The notes under the pieces were generated by a model. The model was not told the DNA's origin. It was given only the letters and a program-made list of their open reading frames with translations, and searched no databases. Source: an uncultured Bdellovibrionales bacterium (GTDB taxonomy: Bacteria; Patescibacteriota; Minisyncoccia; Moranbacterales; UBA9337). Taken from it: a stretch of DNA of 64,000 bases. The DNA is taken from contig CAZSCV010000005.1 of assembly GCA_964605525.1 (NCBI GenBank), forward strand, positions 39,256-103,255, in the 5' to 3' direction. Positions 57,637 to 64,000 of the stretch are shown one piece after another. Position 1 is the first letter of the stretch; each line of letters opens with the position of its first letter. Both the position numbers and the translations under genes were made by a program.

Positions 57637-58771
57637 CTTCATCTTCGTCGCCCATTTCATTTTGTTTTTTGACGCCAAATCCCCTGGTTTCTTTTCCGAG
57701 TTCTTTGGCCAGGTCTATTTTTTTTCGAGTTTCAACTGGCAAAGTGGGGAGGATTTTTTTCAAAGCGGTGGCATCAATCTTGATTACATCATCCCATTGT
57801 CCCAAGGGTTCAAGAGCTTCTTTTACTTTCTTGTCGTCATATTTGTATGTGGCGCGAAGTGTCCGGGCGATTATTCCGGCATTGGAGAAAACTCTCTCGA
57901 CCCCTTCTTGGTCCATATATTGGGAAATTTTTTCTTGGAGCTCGGCGATTTTGTAACGCAGGCTTTTGGATTCATCCTCGGCAGAAATATAATCGGCAAT
58001 AGCCTGATTGACCTCCTCGGTGTCAATTTTGCGCACATCTTTGAATTTGTGTTTCCACATCGGGCAGATTTTTTGATATCCGCACCACGCGCAAAGAGGG
58101 GTGACATTGGGCTGGAATTTCCCTTCTTCAATTTGCCCGATAACTTCAAGGAACAATTCGTCGACTTCTTGCAGTTGTTTTTGATTTCGAGTGGCGCTGA
58201 GTTTTACTCCGTGTTTGAGGAAGTATAAGCTAACTTTTATTTTTTCCAAGTTTTTTGCTTCTTCCGGATAGCGCGACAAAAATGCTTTCAGGTAGATCGA
58301 GAGTTGCAGGTCATTGTCGATTTTTTCTTGGGAGGGCATTTTTTTGGTGGTTTTGTAATCCACGATTTCATAACCATCCTCGGTTTTGTCAATGCGGTCG
58401 ATTATTCCAGAGATGATATTTCCTTCCAAATCAAGAGAGAATCGACTTTCCAAATCTACAATATTGATTCTGGCAATGTCATTTTTTTCATAATATTTCC
58501 GGATCATTTCCACTCCCTGGGAAAAAGCGGCGCGCTCTTCAGCTTCAATCTCAAAAACATCACTATTCCAACTGCGAGAATAAAAATCCAAGGTTTGTTC
58601 AAGAGTAGGAGAAAGAATGCCCGGAGTGTGAGCAAATTTGAGGGCGCTGTGAATGATCGTCCCAAAAACCGCCTCTTTACTCTTAGGCTCTTTGATTTTG
58701 TCGATATTTTGATATTTGTACTTCAAGGGACAATTCTGATAAGTCCCCAAAGCGCTGTAAGATATTCGCAT
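57623..58771 (-). CDS. PD-(D/E)XK nuclease, RecB/AddB-like with an Fe-S Cys motif
   Basis: SYS....CP, GIIDRID, IVDYKT, QLSIY, CAWCGYQKIC. Confidence 0.9.
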   Translation of the reverse strand: MRISYSALGTYQNCPLKYKYQNIDKIKEPKSKEAVFGTIIHSALKFAHTPGILSPTLEQTLDFYSRSWNSDVFEIEAEERAAFSQGVEMIRKYYEKNDIARINIVDLESRFSLDLEGNIISGIIDRIDKTEDGYEIVDYKTTKKMPSQEKIDNDLQLSIYLKAFLSRYPEEAKNLEKIKVSLYFLKHGVKLSATRNQKQLQEVDELFLEVIGQIEEGKFQPNVTPLCAWCGYQKICPMWKHKFKDVRKIDTEEVNQAIADYISAEDESKSLRYKIAELQEKISQYMDQEGVERVFSNAGIIARTLRATYKYDDKKVKEALEPLGQWDDVIKIDATALKKILPTLPVETRKKIDLAKELGKETRGFGVKKQNEMGDEDEETPE

Positions 58772-59006
58772 TTATTTGTTGTTTATCACCAATTATTTCA
58801 AATTATATCACGCCCACCAATCAATGTCGACAAACCCCCAAACGGCTCACTAAACGGCCCACCTGAGTCGTTCACTCTCATAAGCCAATCTAGCATCATT
58901 TTCTTTACTCCGAGGTCGTTTGGCGGTATTATGAAAACATAAAGAAAAAGATGATCTATGGCGGGAAACAAAAAAACAGGGGATATTGAGAAAATAACTA
59001 AAAATT

Positions 59007-59595
59007 ATGGCGCAAGAATCACAAAATCAAATAATTATTTATGAAGGCAGTGACGGAAAAGCACGTATAGAAGTGCGATTTGAAGGTGAAACTGCTTGGC
59101 TTACTCAAGCGCAAATAGCACAGCTTTTTGGTAAAGGTAGGTCCACTATTGCAGAACATATTCAAAATATATTCAAAGAAAAAGAATTAGATGAAGAAGT
59201 GGTATGTCGGGATTTCCGACTAACCACAGAACATGGGGCAATAAGGGGAAAAACTCAGGAAAACACCGTAAAACATTACAATATCGATGTCATCATTTCA
59301 GTTAGCTATTGTGTAAAATCACCTCAAGGTACAAGGTTTCGTCAATGGGCAACAGCGCGACTTCGTGAATATTATGAAAATGGCGGACTGGGTGAAGCAT
59401 CTTGATAATATTCTTACATCTACTGGAGAACAACTCTTGCTGGATGCAGGAAACGTGAGCCATGAGCAGGCTATTGATAAGGCCGAAAGTGAATACAAAA
59501 AATATCAAGCCAAGACGCTTTCATCAGTAGAAAAAGATTATTTGGAAGCGATCAAAATGGTGGAGAAAAAGATTAAAAAGAAAACAAAGCCTTGA
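59007..59595 (+). pseudogene. RhuM family protein, internally deleted and frameshifted near 59373
   Basis: N part WLTQAQIAQLF...YNIDVIISV...FRQWATARLREY joins out of frame to C part MKMADWVKHLD...GNVSHEQAIDKAESEY. Confidence 0.85.
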
Positions 59596-59678
59596 ATTAT
59601 CATTAGTACGTAGCATGTTATGTAGTGTCAGGATGATGGATAGTTTTATTAAATACCTTTTTAAATAAAAATAATTCT

Positions 59679-60278
59679 ATGGAAAACAGCTTTGAAAAAA
59701 GAGAAATGCCTATTGAATGCGAAGAGGTTGCGAAGGATAATTTAGATCTGGCTATTAAGATCCAGCGGGTCATTTTTCCCGAAGAAGATGGGGCATTAAA
59801 TCTGAGAGCATCAGTGGACGAAAGTCTTATTGAAAAAGTATATGGTGAAGGTGCCAGAGAAAAAGTAACTTTCTGGCTATGTAAAGATAAAGAGGGTGAC
59901 GCTGTGGGGATTACCGGTATCTATGTCTATTTCGAATATCCAGATGATGCTTGGCTTGCTTGGTATGGAATTTTGCCGGAAAAAAGAGGGCAGGGATATG
60001 GAAGCAAGTTATTGTTATGGACAATGAAGAAAGCGAAAGAATTAGGTTACAAGAATCTGCGGTTATATACCGATCTTGAGGATAATGGTGCGGCTGTGGA
60101 ATTGTATCGCAAAATGGGAATGATAGAAGAGTCATATGAGGCTGAGGATATGGGGGAGGAAAAAACAATAATTTTTTCTAAAAGCTTGGTATCTGATAAA
60201 TCAGAAAAACTCGGCAACAAGATGCTTTTTTTGAAAAAACAAGCAGAGATCCAAATGAGAGGAAAAGAGCTTGATTGA
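59679..60278 (+). CDS. GNAT family acetyltransferase
   Basis: RGQGYGSKLL acetyl-CoA motif; NGAAVELYRKMG. Confidence 0.88.
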   Translation: MENSFEKREMPIECEEVAKDNLDLAIKIQRVIFPEEDGALNLRASVDESLIEKVYGEGAREKVTFWLCKDKEGDAVGITGIYVYFEYPDDAWLAWYGILPEKRGQGYGSKLLLWTMKKAKELGYKNLRLYTDLEDNGAAVELYRKMGMIEESYEAEDMGEEKTIIFSKSLVSDKSEKLGNKMLFLKKQAEIQMRGKELD

Positions 60279-60364
60279 TGAAATTTTTTATTGATCTTGA
60301 CTTCAATTCTTAATCACATTATGGCAATTGCAATATATTGATTAAATTTTAGATAATAAATTAG

Positions 60365-60473
60365 TTGACTATATTGATTATTTGTGCATATAATATTAAG
60401 TTGTTTAACAATTTTAGTGAAAAGGCGTTATTTTTGAAATACAAACCAATATTTTTTCCAAGGAGGAGAGAAA
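60365..60473 (+). promoter_or_regulatory. Promoter, boxA-like motif and strong SD
   Basis: TTGACT-18-TATAAT; GTTGTTTAACAATTT (60400-60414); AAGGAGGAG (60460-60468). Confidence 0.7.
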
Positions 60474-61352
60474 ATGGAAAGCGGAAAATTTTATTGTTGC
60501 GGACAGTTGTTGACCGAATCAAATCAGTTGGGCGGAATATTTTCCTGTTGTAATGAGATGGATAATTCCGAAATGGCTATTATCGTCGGAGGATTTGCCA
60601 GAGTGGCTACCGAAGAAAAATTACTCTTGGCGATTGCCAAAAAGATTAATATGCCATCCTTTGTTCTGGATTGGCATGGACTCGGAATGTCCGAAGGAAA
60701 CTTCGGAGATGTTACAGTAAGCCGACTAAAGGATGACTTGAAAAAGGTTATCTGGAGGTTTCTCTCAGAAGGATTTTCCAAGTTCCATTTGATTGGGCAC
60801 AGCCTCGGAGCTTGTGCTATTGCCTTGCTTGATGGCGAAAATCGCGAGACGAATTGTCTTAATATTGACAAAAAAATTCTTCTTGCGCCCGCTCTGAATC
60901 AGAGCTTTCTTTTGAGGTATTGGTTTGCCAAAGAGAACGGGTTTGATTTTTCGATTTCAGACTGGAATGAGGATTGTGAAAAAAATAGTGCTCATTTCAA
61001 TGAATGGATAAGAGAAAGAAGATTTTGTGATTTTGGAGCATGTTGGGTGTTCGAAGATAAGTTCAAAGAATATCTTCAAAAGCGCAAACTTATTAAGGGG
61101 ATTAGCTTTGAGCCAGATTATTGGCAGCAGGAAAATTCAATGAATTACCTCTATTATTTGCACTACGATCACATGATCGAAGGGGTAATAGATAGAAAAG
61201 CACTCTTTTTACTCGGAGAGCATGACAAGACCGTGCCTCCGGAGAGTATTTCTTTTGAAGCACCTAACATGTACACCCTTGATGATGCCGATCATTATTT
61301 CACGGGAAAGGAAATGGAAGTCGCTGAAATTGCAAGAATTTTTTTAAAGTAG
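60474..61352 (+). CDS. Alpha/beta hydrolase fold protein
   Basis: DWHGLGMSEG, GHSLG nucleophile, GEHDKTVP, ADHYF. Confidence 0.85.
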   Translation: MESGKFYCCGQLLTESNQLGGIFSCCNEMDNSEMAIIVGGFARVATEEKLLLAIAKKINMPSFVLDWHGLGMSEGNFGDVTVSRLKDDLKKVIWRFLSEGFSKFHLIGHSLGACAIALLDGENRETNCLNIDKKILLAPALNQSFLLRYWFAKENGFDFSISDWNEDCEKNSAHFNEWIRERRFCDFGACWVFEDKFKEYLQKRKLIKGISFEPDYWQQENSMNYLYYLHYDHMIEGVIDRKALFLLGEHDKTVPPESISFEAPNMYTLDDADHYFTGKEMEVAEIARIFLK

Positions 61353-61389
61353 TATCGGCAAAAAAGATCGCATCTGAATATAAGTGTAT

Positions 61390-61427
61390 AAATGGCCAGG
61401 GCTTGAATGAGTTCTGGCCATTTTTTT
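61390..61427 (+). terminator. Intrinsic terminator
   Basis: AAATGGCCAGGGC...GTTCTGGCCATTTTTTT. Confidence 0.8.
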
Positions 61428-61599
61428 AAAAATCTTTATTAGGACTAGTATAAATTATAAAAAAGACCATGTTGCAATTAAGAATAGAATTCAAGCCGTA
61501 AACCTTGACGTTTTGTTTATTTCATTGTAATATGTTTAATAGTTTATTTTTAAGGCGTAGTTCATTTTATTAATTTTTTCAAAAAAGAAGGGTCTCAAG

Positions 61600-62064
61600 A
61601 TGGCAGAAGGCGGGATGATTATTGTTTCAGAGGGAATGTTTTCCCTCGAAGAGGTTGCGGAAATATTAAGGGGAAATAAGAAATTCCCTAAAGATATTTA
61701 TTCTCGAGGATTTAAGCCTGCTAAAATTAAGCAAAAGTTTCGAACAAGAAACGGGAGGGGGCGTAGTGGCAAGTGCCGCATATTTACTCGCGAGGAAATT
61801 TTATATGAGGAAATGTGTCGGCATGCTATCAATAAGCCGATGATAATTATTGGTACAATACTAATAATGATTGAAATCGGTTATAACTTTTTTGAAATTG
61901 ATTCAGAAAAAATCAGCACGTTTATTGAGGTGCTGAAATTCGAAAAAATCACTCGGCAAGAAATAGGTCGAGTATTGATGAAATTGGAGGACAGTAATTT
62001 GTTTGAAAGGCTGGTTCTTAAAAATCAGATAGGGCTGCAGGCAGCTTATAGGCTCTATCGTTAG
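61600..62064 (+). CDS. Orphan protein, N-terminus resembles a MerR/excisionase-type HTH
   Basis: FSLEEVAEIL...GKCRIFTREEI; own promoter TTGACG-17-TAATAT (61505-61533). Confidence 0.55.
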   Translation: MAEGGMIIVSEGMFSLEEVAEILRGNKKFPKDIYSRGFKPAKIKQKFRTRNGRGRSGKCRIFTREEILYEEMCRHAINKPMIIIGTILIMIEIGYNFFEIDSEKISTFIEVLKFEKITRQEIGRVLMKLEDSNLFERLVLKNQIGLQAAYRLYR

Positions 62065-62087
62065 TTGAGTCCTGGGAGCGTACCAGG

Positions 62088-62117
62088 AAGGTCGTCTTCA
62101 CTGAAGCGGCCTTTTTT
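62088..62117 (+). terminator. Intrinsic terminator
   Basis: AAGGTCGTCTTCA-C-TGAAGCGGCCTTTTTT. Confidence 0.7.
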
Positions 62118-62230
62118 ATTTTGTGTTTTTTCTTACTCCGCGTCTGTTGACATCCTTTTTTGAAAGTATTATTATTAAACCATACTGAATTGGTGGGGGA
62201 TAGATTTGTTTTGTTAAATAATTTGATATT

Positions 62231-62617
62231 ATGAAATTTTCAACTAAAGCTGAATATGGCCTGCGGGCGATTGTGAATCTGGCGGATGCGTATCCGGAAA
62301 TCAAGAGTTTAAACGATGTTTCCAAGGAGGAAAAAATTTCTCTCAAATATTTGGAGCGCCTGATGGGGGATATGCGCAAAAAAAATCTAGTTGTGAGCCA
62401 GAAGGGAAAAATGGGAGGATATGTTTTGGCGCGAGAGCCAAAAGATATTAATGCCGGGGAAATTGTTGAAGCGCTGGAAGGACCGATTGAGTTTATGCAG
62501 TGTGAAAGTTCGCAGTGTACTTCCAAAAATTGCCGGCCGAAAAAAGTTTGGCTTACGCTGGGAAGGCAAATTCGAGAAACATTAAAAAGCATTACATTGG
62601 AAGATTTGATAAAATAA
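62231..62617 (+). CDS. Rrf2 family transcriptional regulator (IscR-like, 3 Cys)
   Basis: STKAEYGLRA, YLERL, GKMGGY, ALEG, C-x4-C-x4-C; upstream of a cysteine desulfurase. Confidence 0.92.
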   Translation: MKFSTKAEYGLRAIVNLADAYPEIKSLNDVSKEEKISLKYLERLMGDMRKKNLVVSQKGKMGGYVLAREPKDINAGEIVEALEGPIEFMQCESSQCTSKNCRPKKVWLTLGRQIRETLKSITLEDLIK

Positions 62618-62689
62618 ACAATATTCTGATTCGAATTTGCGAATAATGCGAATCTGCAAATAAAAAATAAATTTATTTACAAAAAAATT

Positions 62690-63898
62690 ATGAATAACAA
62701 TAAAAGAATATATTTGGATTATGCGGCAACTACTCCGGTCGATGAAAATGTTTTGAAAGAAATGATGCCGTATTTTTTTGAAAAATTCGGAAACGCAATG
62801 TCGGTGCACAGTTTTGGACAAGAGGCTCAGCAAGCAATTGACACAGCCAGAGAAAGAGTGGCGAAATTTTTCAATTGCTCTTCTTCGGAAATAATTTTCA
62901 CTTCCGGAGCCACAGAAAGCAATAACCTTACCGTTAAGGGTGTTGTAAAATCATTTCACTCCATTTCGCGCAAGAAAGGAGAAATCCCGCATATCATCAC
63001 AACTGTTTTCGAACATCATTGCGTTTTGGATGCTTGCCATGCGATGGAAAAGGAAGGTTTGGCGGAAATCACTTTTTTGCCAGTAGGGAGGGATGGAATT
63101 GTGAAGATTGCGGATGTCAAAAAAGCCATCAAGCCAAACACGATTTTAATTTCAGTTATGTATGTAAATAATGAAATTGGAACAGTCCAGCCGATTGAGG
63201 AAATCGGAAAAATGATCAAATTGCAAAATGCCGAAAGAAAAAATCGAATTCTTTTTCATACTGACGCGACCCAGGGCGTGAATTATTTTGATTGTAATGT
63301 GGAAAATTTGGGAGCGGATCTGCTTTCATTTTCCGCGCACAAGATATATGGACCGAAGGGAGTTGGCGTTTTGTATGTCCGCAGAGGAACGCCGATTCGC
63401 AGAATTCAAGATGGCGGAGATCAAGAATACAAACTCCGCGCCGGGACGCACAATGTTGTCGGAATTGTCGGCTTGGGAAAGGCAATAACTTTGATTAATG
63501 AAAAAGACAAAAAAAAGGTTTTGCAATTGCGGGATTATTTGATTGAAAAAGTTTTGCGGGAAATTCCCGCCGCATATCTGAATGGATCAAAGGAAAAACG
63601 TTCGCCGAACAATGCCAATTTCCGTTTTGACAATGTGGAAGGGGAGGGATTGATTCTCTCTCTGGATCTGGAAGGAATCGCCGCTTCAACCGGCAGCGCT
63701 TGTTCATCGGGAGCGCTTGAGCCATCTCATGTACTTTTGGCGTTGGGACTCAGGCATGAGCAGGCGCATGGAAGTTTGCGCATAACCATCGGGAAATATA
63801 CCACAAAAGCGGAACTGGACAGAACCGTCAAAGTGCTCAAGGAAACAGTCGCAAGACTTCGAAAAATTTCCGGAAATGTATTAGCTGACTTTAAATAA
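62690..63898 (+). CDS. iscS: Cysteine desulfurase (IscS/NifS family)
   Basis: YLDYAATTP, FTSGATESNN, HTDATQ, SAHKIYGPKG, STGSACSS. Confidence 0.93.
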   Translation: MNNNKRIYLDYAATTPVDENVLKEMMPYFFEKFGNAMSVHSFGQEAQQAIDTARERVAKFFNCSSSEIIFTSGATESNNLTVKGVVKSFHSISRKKGEIPHIITTVFEHHCVLDACHAMEKEGLAEITFLPVGRDGIVKIADVKKAIKPNTILISVMYVNNEIGTVQPIEEIGKMIKLQNAERKNRILFHTDATQGVNYFDCNVENLGADLLSFSAHKIYGPKGVGVLYVRRGTPIRRIQDGGDQEYKLRAGTHNVVGIVGLGKAITLINEKDKKKVLQLRDYLIEKVLREIPAAYLNGSKEKRSPNNANFRFDNVEGEGLILSLDLEGIAASTGSACSSGALEPSHVLLALGLRHEQAHGSLRITIGKYTTKAELDRTVKVLKETVARLRKISGNVLADFK

Positions 63899-63958
63899 AT
63901 ATTTTGTAAAGATTTCTTGTTTTTTAATTTTTTTAATAATTTTATATTTTAAAATTGT

Positions 63959-63988
63959 TTAGAAATTAGAAATTAGAAGTTAGAAATT
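63959..63988. repeat. Heptamer tandem repeat TTAGAAA x4
   Basis: TTAGAAA TTAGAAA TTAGAAG TTAGAAA just before an ATG at the window end. Confidence 0.8.
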
Positions 63989-64000
63989 TTAATATGAATT

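Noticed and set aside
57623-58771. Cas4 / CRISPR adaptation gene
   Set aside because: PD-(D/E)XK plus Fe-S motif is shared with stand-alone RecB/AddB-like nucleases; there is no cas1/cas2 or array nearby.
58810-58990. GC-richer intergenic stretch with AAACGGC(T/C)CAC twice
   Set aside because: Only two short copies and no convincing ORF or fold; probably a remnant that cannot be assigned.

Overview
AT-rich bacterial chromosome segment (genetic code 11). The gene set and style (archaeal-type PyrH, SecA with an expanded SEC-C motif, SecD carrying a PPIase insert, core genes without Shine-Dalgarno sites) fit a Patescibacteria/CPR (Parcubacteria-like) genome; this is an inference. Layout: (1) 1-4.9 kb, a toxin-antitoxin/defence cassette hotspot (Fic, an internally deleted AAA ATPase, an AbiE pair) whose spacers are a patchwork of duplicated fragments; (2) 4.9-19.8 kb, a surface-glycan locus with sulfation (cysQ, cysC, sulfotransferase), methylation and GDP-fucose genes; (3) 19.9-31.1 kb, an accessory block (FN3-like secreted proteins, a frameshifted sigma54 activator, a second AbiE pair, an ExbB/ExbD-like plus transglutaminase operon, a GC-rich ugd); (4) 31-64 kb, mostly envelope and housekeeping genes (dus, LCP, S41 protease, cysS, trmD, ftsW, murG/C/B, hpf, secA/D/F, pyrH, rrf2-iscS) with scattered orphans. 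The most striking signal is two classes of genes. Core genes, and even the mobile TA genes, have A-rich starts with no SD. About 13 orphan or foreign-looking genes instead have strong SD sites and sit in self-contained units of sigma70 promoter, boxA-like leader motif (G(T/C)TGTTT(G/A)ACAATT), strong SD and GC-rich terminator. Their cargo (lipoproteins, sigma54 activator, ExbBD-like motor) fits a diderm host better than a CPR cell, which suggests a dedicated, possibly host-directed expression class (hypothesis). A second candidate system is a GIY-YIG nuclease gene enclosed by perfect inverted REP-like palindromes with polar arrays of half-REP copies. REP-like and heptamer repeats have also inserted in frame into trmD, murB and an O-antigen ligase. 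No rRNA, tRNA, CRISPR array or integrase/transposase was recognised.
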